Shown here piece by piece: positions 26,304-37,917 of a stretch of 64,000 nucleotides of DNA (the first letter of the stretch is position 1; every line of letters begins with the position of its first letter). The notes under the pieces were generated by a model. That model saw only the letters and a program-made list of their open reading frames with translations. It had not been told where the DNA came from and ran no database searches. Source of the DNA: Octopus vulgaris (lineage: Eukaryota); NCBI GenBank assembly GCA_951406725.2, contig OX597822.1:29140001-29204000 (forward strand), read 5' to 3'. The translations under genes were made by a program, and so were the position numbers.

Positions 26304-28057
26304 GTAAGTCATCAATCACCGTTTTATTTCTTTATTGTTTTGTTAATGAAAAGAGACAATTATCTTCATTCTGTTTAAATGTAATCTTTTGAATAAATCT
26401 TCATAACTTTGGGCTGTGTGGTAAGAAGTTTGCTTCCCAACCACATGGCTGCAGGTTCAGTCTCACTACATGGCACCTTGAGCAAGTGTCATATATAGCC
26501 TTGGGCCAACCAAAGCCTTGTGCATGGATTTGGTAGACAGAAACAGAAAGGAGCCCATTGTATGTGTGTGTGTGTATGTATGTGTATGTATGTATATATA
26601 TATATATATATATAATTGTGTGTGTTTTTTCATAAGTGGTGTTGGTGTGTGTACATCTCTGTAACTTAGCAGTTCAGCAAAATAGACTTTCAAAAACAAA
26701 AAAAAATGCTGTGATTGATTCATTCGACTGAAATTCTTCAAGGCGGTACCCTAGCATGGCCACCATCTAATGACTGAAACAAATATAAGTTAAAAGTGTG
26801 TGTGCTGATGTGTGTATGAGCTTCAAATTGAAACTTTGATGGTTAATGCAAGGAGCTTTAACTTTAAACACAAAGAATGTTCTCTGGTTGGTGCTCCATT
26901 CTTTCATCTTTTCTTATTAATGTATAGCAAGGCTTTGCTTTTACCTTGTTTCTGATTAACTCTTTTATGGGCCCCAGACTGGTTTTTCATTTACACCATT
27001 GTCATCACTTAGCCTCCAGTTCAATCCTTACCTAAGCATACATATGGCGAAAAGCAAGTCTTGATCATCCAGTTGTTTTAGACAAAGTTTTATCTGAAAT
27101 TAAATTATCCAATACATTATTCTTTTATTTTAAAGAATGCTAATGTGCAATTGGAGAAAGATTTGGTTGCTATTTCTAGCAGTGTGAATGACCCTGTACA
27201 GGCACTATCATTTATTCTGCTGAATTTGAAAGGCATCATCTCCCATTTTCTCTTTATCCTGGAATTTCTGTTGTACGTTCCCAACCACATGGTCATGAGT
27301 TCAGTCTTGTTGTATGGTACTTCATGCAAATGTCTTCCCTCTAAAACCCTGGGTCGACAAAGTCTTGTGAGTAGATTTGTTAGACAGAAACTGAAAGAAG
27401 CCCACTGTGTATGTCTGAGTGTACATGTCTCCTTGTTTTGACATCAAGTAATAGTTATAAATGAGTGCTACTGTCATACAACCAGTGTCATTCGTTTCCA
27501 GTATTCTCCAAAATCATACCTGGCCATGGGGAAATATTACCTTGTTTGGAGACAAGTGAGGGATGGCAATGTGATGGGCATCCAACCATAGAAAATCTGT
27601 CCCAGTAAACTTTGTCTGACTCATGCCAACATGGAAAAGTGGATTTGATGATGATTTATGCACAGATATGCATATCAATAGATGTGAGTAAATATATTCA
27701 GGGTAAAATAGACCCCCTTTGGTCATGACTGACCATGGGATTACACCTAGAAAGTTATCCTTCTAGTTATAAGTATAGGCAAGGTTGTTTATGGAAGACC
27801 AGCAGTCACCAATGCATACCAGCCTCTCCATGCCACTGATGTTAACCAAGGGAAAGGCAAAGACCGATACAGCTTGGCTCTAGTGATGTCACAACTCATT
27901 CTTCAGCTGAGTGAACTGGAGCAATGTGAAATAAAGTGTCTTGCTCAAAAACACAACACATAGCATTATCCAGGAATCGAACGCTCTAACCACTGATCCT
28001 TCACCAATGTTATATTTTTATGTATTTAAATTTTTTTTTTTCCTTTTGTTATTGCAG

Positions 28058-28214
28058 CAAAGTATAGGTGTACGTACTTCTGGTCTTGAGGAGAAAGCTA
28101 CAGCCTGCCAAATGATTGTCTGTTATGCTCGTGAACTGAAGGAGGGTTTTGCTGAATACACAGAAGAAGTAGTCAAACTAATCGTACCACTGCTAAAGTT
28201 TGTTTTCCACGATG
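28058..28214 (+). CDS. IPO5: importin-5 exon (followed by U12-type donor)
   Basis: ttgcag|[52 protein letters not shown]|gtatccttt; 157 nt. Confidence 0.97.
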
Positions 28215-28734
28215 GTATCCTTTCCAAAGTTCATCTGTCTAATTCATCATTATTCTACATTCAGGCCAACAAATTTATAAGATCTTATCATTCATTATTC
28301 AGGCAATTATTTAGGTTGTGCAGTTAAGAATTTTATTTCACAACTACATAGTACCAGGCTTGATCCTATTGCTTGGAATGTTGAGCATGTGTGTGTTTTA
28401 GTATAGCCTCTGGTTGAGCAGTGCCTTGAAAGTGAAATTTGGAAGATGGAAACTGTAAGAAGCCCATCTATATATGTGCATATGTGTGTTTTTCTCCCTG
28501 TGTCTTTGAATTTATACTGCTTGGGCAACAGTGATGTTTGTTTTTGCCCCACAGTTTGATATGCAAATAGTATTGGAATAAAATGTTTTACTTGAAAAAT
28601 AAGGGCTCACATAAAGAAGGGCATCTTAGCACTAGGGATATTGTTTCACGATGTGTCTCAGAGACTCATGGAAAGAGCTGACATACAAACGAAGATAATA
28701 ATGATTAAAAGATTTTAATATATATATTTATATA

Positions 28735-29324
28735 TCATCATCATCATCATCGTTTAACGTCCGCTTTCCATGCTAGCATGGGTTGGAGGGTTCAACTGGG
28801 GTCTAGTGAGCCCGAAGGCTGTACCAGGCCAGTCAGATCTGGCAGTGTTTCTACAGCTGGATGCCCTTCCTAACGCCAACCACTCCGAGAGTGTAGTGGC
28901 TGATTTTATGTGCCACCGACACAGGTGCCAGACGAGGCTGGCGAACGGCCATGCTTGGATGGTGTTTTTTATGTGCCACCGACACAGATGCCAGACGAGG
29001 CTGGCAGACGGCCACGCTCGGATGGTGTTTTTTATGTGCCACCGACACAGGTGCCAGACGAGGGTGGCGAATGGCCACGCTTGGATGGTGTTTTTTATGT
29101 GCCACCGACACAGGTGCCAGACGAGGCTGGCAAATGGCCACGGTTGGATGGTGTTTGTTACGTGCCCACAGCACGGAGGCCAGTCGATGCGGTACTGGCT
29201 ACGGCCACGTTCGGATGGTTTTCTCATGTGCCACCGGCACTGGTACCACAAAGATACAAATTCCATTGATGTTCATCCATATTGATTTAGTTTGATTTTC
29301 ACTTGCCTCAACAGGTCTTCACAA
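28735..29324 (-). mobile_element. abundant (GAT)n-tailed interspersed repeat with internal 63-bp tandem units
   Basis: (CAT)n-CGTTTAACGTCCGCTTTCCATGCTAGCATGGG...CTACAGCTGGATGCCCTTCCTAACGCCAACC; related copies near 5830, 10180, 19895-20225, 40310-40682, 44230-44480, 49580-50110, 50820-51345, 53005, 54165-54480. Confidence 0.75.
28908..29159. repeat. 63-bp tandem repeat x4
   Basis: ATGTGCCACCGACACAG unit starts at 28908, 28971, 29034, 29097. Confidence 0.9.
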
Positions 29325-29397
29325 GTATATGTTAAATAAAATGAGACAATAAAACCAAGGCTGTATGGAATTTATGGGACATTTCTAAAGAGAAAGG

Positions 29398-29449
29398 TAG
29401 TCTTACAGCTGTTTCTGGGACAATAGGGATATCCCTTCATCAGAGACAA
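29398..29449 (-). ncRNA. second (inverted) copy of the minimal hammerhead motif
   Basis: Reverse complement TTGTCT-CTGATGA-AGGGATATCCCTATTGTCCCA-GAAA-CAGCTG-TA-AGACTA; 3 differences from the + copy over 52 nt. Confidence 0.7.
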
Positions 29450-29474
29450 TATGAGAGAGTTAACAAGAGGGAAA

Positions 29475-29526
29475 TAGTCTCTGATGAAGGGATATCCCTA
29501 ATATCCCAGAAACAGCTGTAAGACTA
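29475..29526 (+). ncRNA. minimal type I hammerhead ribozyme motif (Penelope/retrozyme-like)
   Basis: TAGTCT-CTGATGA-A-GGGATAT-cccta-ATATCCC-A-GAAA-CAGCTG-TA-AGACTA: 6-bp stem I, intact core boxes, 7-bp stem II, palindromic minimal stem III, GUA cleavage triplet. Confidence 0.75.
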
Positions 29527-32500
29527 CCTTTCTCTTTAATGTCCTATAAATTCCACATAGCCTTGGTTTTGTTGTCTCATTTTATTTAACATATACATGC
29601 TCATACAAGACCTGCACTAGACTCCTCACTCGTATTTTTATTGAACCGAGAATCTAAAATCAAGAAAGAAACAGATCTGGCGCTTGGTTCTCTAGAAACT
29701 TTATTACTATTTTATTGCAGTAATTTTGCATTCAAGGGCCCTGTAGATAAGTTTGTTGTTGGGATGAAGATGTCTAGAAACTGTGTTAAACATGACTGTA
29801 CATTTACAATAGTGAAAGGAACACTTTTATCAAATGGTAACGGTGTACCTTCTATTGATGTGATCAAGTACCTTTTCCTCTTTATGGCTCTTTTACTGTA
29901 ACTTTTCTGTTTGACTTGCAGCTGCTTCAGTCCCCTCTTTTAACCTTTTCTGGCACTTTGCATCAGAGCACTGCCTACAAAAAGCTCTATGTTATCTTTA
30001 TAAGTAGTTTTTTTTTTTTTTTTGTCAATAATAAATTTAAAAGTGCTCTGTGATGTTAGATTACATTATTTCTCATATAATAGAAACCCTTGGAAGAGTT
30101 GCTTCCTTTTGTATAGTTATATATTTATGTATCTTTGTGGTACATTTTTAGAAGTTTGTTTTGCATAATTAATATCAAGTGAATGCAACTTTATTTATTA
30201 TTAAAGCAATGACATATTGTCTGTCTGTTCACTTTGTATTGATCATAGAACAGTTTGTTTTGAACTGTGGAACAAACAGGGAAGTTTGTACTTTAAATAT
30301 GGAGGCTAATCTTTCTAATTAGAAGTGTGCACTGTAAACTGGAGTAGAAGGGAAGATCTGGAATTGGCTGTAAGCCATGCCTTTGTAGAGGTAGGAAAGA
30401 AAAGACAGAAAGCAAAGTTTGTCTTTTCTGATAAATATTTGCGATATAAGTGAAGCAATTATCCCTTTCAAAATTAACTTGCCTGAGACTAGGTATAGTT
30501 CTGATGAAAATCCTCTCATTTTAAAGTTTTTGTTCATATTTATGTTAAAAAATCCTTTTGTCATAATTTTTGGCAAGGGCCTTTGTTGAAATTTTTTTAC
30601 AAACACCTACTTAATAACAACAGAATTATTTCACTAAATCACTCAATATTCATGACGCTTTTAAATAATTGGAAGATATAGGTAGTGTGGTTGTTTTGGT
30701 TTGATAAAAATAGGATCACAACAAGGCTCTAACTTGGAATAATCTACTTGGTTCATAAAAAAAACCTTACACCCTTTGACACCCATCACAAATCTGGTAA
30801 ATTCTACTGGTTTACTTTGACTATGGAAGTTTAATTTAAAGCATAGCTTTGTAGTTCAGTTGCTGGACAAGTGATCTAATGATCTCCAGTTCAGTTTCTG
30901 GGGGTAACTTTCTTCTGCCAGTCTTAGAACCTCTGTAAAAAGCTCACAAGCACTGTCCTTTTGTCTTCCATAAAAAAAAATATAACAATATAGTCACAGG
31001 TGTAGCTGTGTAAGAAGCTTGCATCCCAACCACATGTTTCCGAGTTCAGTCCCACTGCATGGCACTTGGGTGTCTTCTACTATAGCCTTGGGCTGACCAA
31101 AACCTTGTGAGTAGGTTTGATAGAAGCTGAAAGAAGCCTGATATATATATATATATATATATATAATAAATCTCTGAACGAGGTATAAACAGTAACTGCA
31201 CGACAATGTGAGGTATATTTGCCATCTCAATATGGCTAACCAATATGCCTAAAGCCAGCTGGAGGAGATGTTCTCCTGGGGCTACAAGCTACAGTAACAC
31301 CCACCCTTAGTGGTTAGCCATATTGAGATGGCAAATATACCGCACATGCACACACACATATATATATATATATATGTGTGTGTGTGTTAGGTATATTCGA
31401 TAAAATGTGTGTGTGTGTGTGTCTCTCTTGACAACTGATGTTAGTGTCTTTACATTGCCATAACTTTCTGGTTCAGCAAAAGAGATTGTTAGAATAAATA
31501 CCATGCTTAAAAAAATAAGTCCAGGGTTTGGTTTGCTTGACTAAAGCACTTCAAGGTGGTGCCCCACCAGTCAAATGATTGAAACAAGTAAAAGATAAAA
31601 ATAAAGATATAAAGCTGCAGCTCGGGATGCAGGCATGGTTGTATGGCTGAGAAATTTGCTTGCCAGCCACATAGTTTCAGGTTCAGTCACACTATAACAA
31701 GTGTCTTTGCCAATAACCACAGGCTGATCAAATCCTTGTGAGTACATTCGGAAGATAGAAACTAAAAGACCCCATTGTGTGTGTGTGTATGTTATTGTCT
31801 TGACATCACAGTAACTGTATGTCATTCATTTCCTGTATTCTGTAAAAGTATGCCTGGTCATGGGGGAAGTATTATCTTGCTTGGATACGGGAAGGATATC
31901 CAGCTGTAGAAAATTTGCTGCTATAAACTGACTCATGCAAACATGGAAAAGTTGTTAAATGATGATGATGATATAGTATTCCGAAATATTTATATCAGAC
32001 TGGATGATTAAATTATAACAGTCATTGTAGTGCATTGTTGTGCCATTCAAGATACATTATATTTTACAAACAATATACACTGCTTCAAGTGAACTACAAT
32101 ACTCTCCTAAAGCTACAGATATTTTAGTAAACCCTTCCAAAATGTATAGTACTTATTATAAATATAGTTGTCCTGTTTTTGATTTGTTGATTGTTTTTTC
32201 ATGGACATTTGAAAGAAAGCAGCTTTGAGCTACTTACAAAAATTGCTAAACTGCTTCCACTACCTCTAGGACTATCTATCACAAGTAGACAATCTTTATT
32301 AAGATTTATAAGATGGCAATAACCACTCAAAACTAGTTGAGCTCTTCTCAGCTTTGTGCTATAGAAAGAGTCTTATAGTTTAACCTTTTTTTGTCACTGT
32401 ATCTGTTGCAATACACTGCCTTCCATCATCAGTTAACATCTTATTTCCATGCTGGCTTAGTTTAGCAGTTTGACAAGGAGGTGGCAAGCTAGAGAGCTGC

Positions 32501-32841
32501 TCCAGGCTCAGATTGCCTGATTTGGCATGATTTCTACAGTTGGGTACCTTTTCTAATGCCAATCACTTTACAGTGTACTGGGTGCTTTTTGTGTGGCCTT
32601 AGTTTCAATTTTAAAAATAATGAATAATTTATTGCAATAACTTTGTCATTATTAAACTGATGTTAGAAACTTAAAGTCATAGGAGCGGCTGTGTGTAAGT
32701 AGCTTGCTTACGAACCACATGGTTCTGGGTTCAGTCCCACTGTGTAGCACCTTGGGGGCAAGTGTCTTCTACTATAGCCTCAAGCCGACCAAAGCCTTGT
32801 GAGTAGATTTGGTAGACCGAAACTGAAAGAATCCTGTTGTG

Positions 32842-32880
<39 letters not shown>

Positions 32881-33612
32881 TTGTCCCCCCAACATCGCTT
32901 GACAACTGATGTTGGTGTGTTTATGTCCCCATAACTTTGCAGTTTGGCAAAAGAGACCAATAGATTAAGTACTAGGTTTACAAAGTATAAGCCCTGGGGT
33001 CAATTTACTCAACTAAAGGCGGTTCTCCAGCATGGCCACACTCAAATGCCTGAAACAAGTAAAGAGTATGTTTATATCCTTGTAACTGAGCGGTTCATTA
33101 TAGATGATGGAATAGGTACCAGGTTTTAAAAAATAAGTACCGGGGTTGCTTCGTTCAACTAAAAGAAGAAGCATGGTCACAGTCTGATTAAAACAAGTAA
33201 AAGATAAGATGGAATTTTAAAGGTTTTAATTAGATCACTTTAGAATAAGATTTTTGTATCAGAATTAGTGGCTGACTATGAGTTATATCTACATATTGAG
33301 GCTGAAAGTCAAGTTCATCAAATGTATGCATGTGAGCTCATTCACAGTTTATCCACAAACACACACACACACACGAACTCTGTCTCAGTATTTTATTTAA
33401 TACCATGATTGAACATAGAAAGTAACAACCGACTATGTAAAAGCATATTTAAAAAAGCCTTTTTGAAATCTTTATCTAATATCAAACTGTTTCTGTATTG
33501 AACATATTGAGCATTCTAGTTCACTTATTTCTCAATGGGTTTCATGTTCAATAACTTTACATTGTGCTTTGCATTTCCTTGTATGTAATGATTTCCTTGA
33601 CAACGTGCATAG

Positions 33613-33785
33613 ATGTCAGAGTATCTGCTGCTGAATCTTTGCCTTACCTCTTAGAGTGTGCCAGAATCAAGGGAGACCACTACGTAGCTGATATGTGGAA
33701 CTATATCTGTCCCAATTTATTAAAGGCCATTATGTACGAACCCGAGCGTGCTGTTGTTCCGGACCACCTGGCATCTTTAGGAAAG
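33613..33785 (+). CDS. IPO5: importin-5 exon
   Basis: gcatag|DVRVSAAESLPYLLECARIKGDHYVADMWNYICPNLLKAIMYEPERAVVPDHLASLGK|gtttgt; 173 nt. Confidence 0.95.
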
Positions 33786-34697
33786 GTTTGTTTTTCTTGC
33801 AGTATATCTTTTTTACTATTTTTTTTTATTTCTACTTTCTGTCTTTTGGTGTACAACACATCTTTAATTAAAAATAAAAATAACTCAGACTGCAGTTTGA
33901 TACATGCTTTTGAATCAGAGTAACTGATTGATTTACTTCTCTATTTACTGTACCATTTTTGCATGTTTTTGTAAACAATAGTCCCTGTGAGAACTGGAGA
34001 CTTTTAAACCCATTAGCATTCAGATTACACTATCAAATGTAATGCTTATTTATTCACATTGTTTTAAAATTAATCATACCTTACCTTGTAGCTTAGAAAT
34101 TGTTGAATTTTTAGAATAACACTGTAGGGGTAGACATGAAAGGCTAGATCTGGCTGATCTGAACATAAAGCAGGTAGAATATTTAGGCCAAATATGGCCA
34201 ATTTAAATGTGTTGTAGCAGGATTCTGACCATCCCCATGTTACTAAAAGTGGACTGGCACATTTTAATAAAATAAAGAACTGTCGAGTTGATTGTGAGCA
34301 ATTCACTGTGAGCTGTTGATAGAGAGTGTTGAGTCTCGTGTGATAGTAAGCGTATTGCATCGTGTGAATACTTTCCCCCAGCTTCGTTAAATTATTTATC
34401 CAACACCAGGACATAAAAGTGGCAATGAGATGTTCGAAGCTTGTGTTGGATGTCAAAATTGTTTTGATATGAAACCAAAGAAAAAATTGTTTAACGTGGA
34501 GGACTTATTGACCTCTGTGGTGCGGTTGCAGCAACTACAACAAAACCAACAGTTGCTGGAATTAATGCTGAAGAAGTCTGAAAATACTTCAGGTTCATAC
34601 TTGCCAGACAGCGTAGGAAACTCAATTGAAGAATTCAGTTATAATCCAGAAGGGATTACCATCTCTGCATATTTTTGAAGATATGAAGAAATCGTTG

Positions 34698-35306
34698 AAT
34701 AATAATAAGGAAATTATTGTATACAGTGCTCAGGTGCACCACAACTTGTCAGAAAGTGCATATAAAGTATATGCAGTAATGTACAAATGTCTGGAAAGGG
34801 AACAATGTATAAGTCAGATACATGCCTGTGTGTGTATGGAGGGGAGAAAATCAAGTGTAGTGTTGGCGAATCTCAGGAAGCATGGAAGTTTTGAAGGATG
34901 CAGTGCTCTGACAACTAACAACTGATGCCGGCAGTTTGTTCCATGCTTCAGCAACTCTCAGCGTGAAAAAATGTTTCCTGAAGTCATGGGAGCTGTGCTG
35001 TTTTCTTACTTTGTAAATATGTCCACGGGTGTTAGATGGGTGGAGTTTGAAAAGGTGCTCAGAGTTATTGTTTGTATGATGGTTGATAATTTTATGGGTG
35101 TCTGCCAAGTCAGCTGCCAGACGTCGGAGTTTCAATGTGTCCATGCCCAGGGAAGTAAGGCGTTCAGGATATGGCAAATGCCAGATGGAGGGTATTCTTT
35201 TGGTTGCATGTCGCTGAACAGCTTCCAGACGATTGATATCCTGGGCAAGATAGGGGTTCCAGACCGGTGATGCAAATTCCAGGTGAGGTCTTACCATAGC
35301 TATATA
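34698..35306 (-). mobile_element. 5'-truncated CR1-clade LINE 3' end
   Basis: ORF 34851-35297: VRPHLEFASPVWNPY...LEAVQRHATKRIP...NTRGH...FFTLRVAEAWNKLP; (TTA)n tail at about 34698-34708. Confidence 0.88.
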
Positions 35307-35849
35307 AAAGAATATAGTAACTATATTCTGCCGAAGAAATCAAGTGAGATTTATTTCAATGATGCAATTTTTTATCAAAAATTTTCAGTCAAAGAAGTTC
35401 CCTGTTCAATACTCACTGGCAGTGTTTAAATTTGGTCAAAAAAGATGATAAAGATTTCGTCACCTATCCTGGGGTTGCTAACATGGAGTGTGAAAAATTC
35501 AAATTGACCCTGGACATGTTCAGATGTCTAATTTTGCTCAAGGGCTAACTGCAAGCAAAGCTGCAGATATACATTCCCAGATATTAACAAGATTAGAACA
35601 GGACCAAAATTTAGCTCTACATGCAGTAGTAGAAGAATGTTAGAGGATTATAAATCTAAGACATAAAGCAGATAAAACTGAAGCAAAAGATTGCTCTCAT
35701 ATTCATGCATGTCGACTGTAAATAGTTAATAAAGCGAAAAACTGCCAAGACAGAATCCATGTTATGGCTGCAGTGGTCTACATTTTAAAAGTAACTGTCC
35801 GTTTAAAAATATAAAATGCTTCAAGTGTGGTAAGATAGCTCATACAAAA

Positions 35850-36083
35850 AAGGCTGCGAGCTGGCAGAAATGTTAGCTTGCTGGGCGAAATGCTTAGCGG
35901 TATTTCGTCTGCCGTTACGTTCTGAGTTCAAATTCTGCCAAGGTCGACTTTGCCTTTCATCCTTTTGGGGTCGATAAATTAAGTACCAGTTACTCACTGG
36001 GTTGATGTAATCAGCTGAATACCTTTGTCTGTCCTTGTTTTTCCCCTCTATGTTTAGCCCCTTGTGGGCAATAAAGAAATAAG
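35850..36083 (+). mobile_element. SINE family A nested in Gypsy remnant
   Basis: Same head and core; TSD TAAGATAGCTCATA at 35831-35844 and 36080-36093. Confidence 0.85.
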
Positions 36084-37353
36084 ATAGCTCATAAAACAAT
36101 CATACTGTAAGACAAAACCTAAAAAATGGCTCAACAGAAAATGTCATGTAAACAGTTTATCAGGGAGAAGAAATATGAACAGGTTTCAAAGGAAATTTGT
36201 GTATGTAAATAGTTAATAATACAATCATAAAGTTGTAGTTGGATACGGGCAGTGGTGTCTCATTAATTAACACAGATACATAGAAAAAATCAAGAGACCT
36301 AGGTTAAAAGAAACTTTGAAAATTGCATGCAGTGTTTCAGGTAAAAAAATTGCATTTTAAGGGTGAAATAATAAGTGGTGTTACATTTTATGGAAAAACC
36401 TTATAAACCAAAGTTTTTATGTTAAATAATACAACGAATTTATTTGGAATAGACTGGATGGAATTATTTAATTTATGGAACCACTCCATAAATTTTTTTT
36501 GTGAAAATGTGAATTGTTTTTCCACCAGTACAAATAAGTCATCAGAAGAATTAAAAAAGATTTTTCCTGAAGTTTTGCCTGATGAATTAGGTCTGTGCCA
36601 AAAAAACAAAGGCGAAGTTTCAAGTAAAAAAAAAAATTTTTTTTAAAAGTGTTATACTGGTATTGAAACCCAAACAAACTGTACCTTTCACAGTGTTGAA
36701 ATAAGTCAGCGAGGAATTGGATAGACTTGAAACGCGTGGAGTTATTGAATTCATTTTGCAACCATGTGGTCTTAGGTTCAGTCCTGTTGCTTGGCATCAT
36801 GTGTAGGTGTCTTTTAATCGTCTCAGACCGACCAATTCATTGAGTGAAATTGGTTGGCAGAAAGTGTGTGCAAGCCCACTGTATGTATGTATGTGTGTGT
36901 GTGTGTGTGTTTGTATGTGCCTGTCTTTATATTTGGCACCACACGAAGACAACAGTGTCTGTGTTTATGCCCCATAACTTAGCAGTATAAAAAATAGAAA
37001 TCACTAGAATAAGTATCGGGGTTATTTTGGTTGCCTAAATCCCTTCAAAGCAGTGCTCCAGGATGGCAGCAGTCTAAAGACTTGGGTGCATAATAAAGTA
37101 AGGCATGGCCATGTGAGTCAGAAATTTTAATTCAATCTCATTGCAAGGGCACCTTAGACAAATGTCTCCTATAATAGTCTTGGTTAGACCAAGGTTTTGT
37201 GAGTAAAATTGGGTAGAGGGCAAAATATGTGAAAGACCTGAAGGAAGAATTCCTGTTCCTCAGTGGTTGACTTAATCTCTTTATCTGGTTTTATACTACC
37301 TACTCCCCCCACTCTTGAATGTCTTTAGTGGAGTTGACTATGTTGCAACAGCA

Positions 37354-37594
37354 TTCAGATCAGGTCCCCTCTTAGGCTGTCTTCCTCTTCAGATCAGGTC
37401 CCCTCTTAGGCTGTTTTCCTCTTCAGATCAGGTCCCCTCTTAGGCTGTCTTCTTCTTCAGATCAGGTCCCCTCTTAGGCTGTCTTCCTCTTCAGATCAGG
37501 TCCCCTCTTAGGCTGTCTTCCTCTTCAGATCAGGTCCCCTTTTAGGCTGTCTTCCTCTTCAGATCAGGTCCCTTCTTAGGCTGTCTTCCTCTTC
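37354..37594. repeat. 34-bp minisatellite x7
   Basis: Unit TTCAGATCAGGTCCCCTCTTAGGCTGTCTTCCTC, at most one substitution per copy, no spacers. Confidence 0.95.
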
Positions 37595-37805
37595 TGGCAT
37601 TACAGGAAAAATATAACATGTCACACAGATTGTGGAGCTATACAGATATATTTTCCTATTCTGTATCTTTATTATATACGTTTCTCTCTCTCTCATATTT
37701 TACTTCCTCTGTCTCTTTGTTACTCCATCTTTCTCTTCCTCCATCCTTCTCTTCTCCTCTCTATTTCATTTCTATTTTATTACATTCTCTTTTTCTTTAT
37801 TTCAG

Positions 37806-37917
37806 TGTATTGAAAGTCTTGGCAAAGGTTGCTTATCACAAGATCATATGTGCGAACTGGTTGCTATTATCGATTCATTCATGAAGGAACACTTCAGCCG
37901 GCAAGAAGAAAGAATAG
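37806..37917 (+). CDS. IPO5: importin-5 exon
   Basis: tttcag|CIESLGKGCLSQDHMCELVAIIDSFMKEHFSRQEERI|gtatgg; 112 nt. Confidence 0.95.

Larger units (their letters stand above)
29325..29596. mobile_element. inverted repeat / probable Penelope-like pLTR remnant
   Basis: Arms about 29325-29447 and 29477-29596 are near reverse complements with a 29-nt spacer; each carries a hammerhead motif. Confidence 0.7.
28215..33612 (+). other. U12-type (minor spliceosome) GT-AG intron, 5398 nt
   Basis: 5' splice site GTATCCTTT (28215-28223); branch site TTTCCTTGAC (33592-33601) with the A 12 nt from the 3' end; no polypyrimidine tract between branch site and TAG; phase 1. Confidence 0.92.
34210..36750 (+). 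mobile_element. decayed Ty3/Gypsy LTR retrotransposon (5' LTR, PBS, gag, protease, start of RT)
   Basis: TG...CA LTR-like 34210-34413; PBS-like TGGCAATGAG 34420-34429; gag-like IEEFSYNPEGITISAYF*RYEEI, YSNYILPKK, ECEKFKLTLDMFRCL; protease LDTGSGVSLIN 36239-36271; NLFGIDWMELFNLW; FPEVLPDELGLC; EELDRLETRGVIE; many stops and frameshifts. Confidence 0.8.

Noticed and set aside
28754-29295. Overlapping 107-171 aa repetitive ORFs on both strands
   Set aside because: By-product of a stop-poor 63-bp tandem unit inside an interspersed repeat.
37354-37594. CRISPR-like 34-bp repeats
   Set aside because: Units are contiguous with no unique spacers, the context is a eukaryotic intron, and there are no cas genes.
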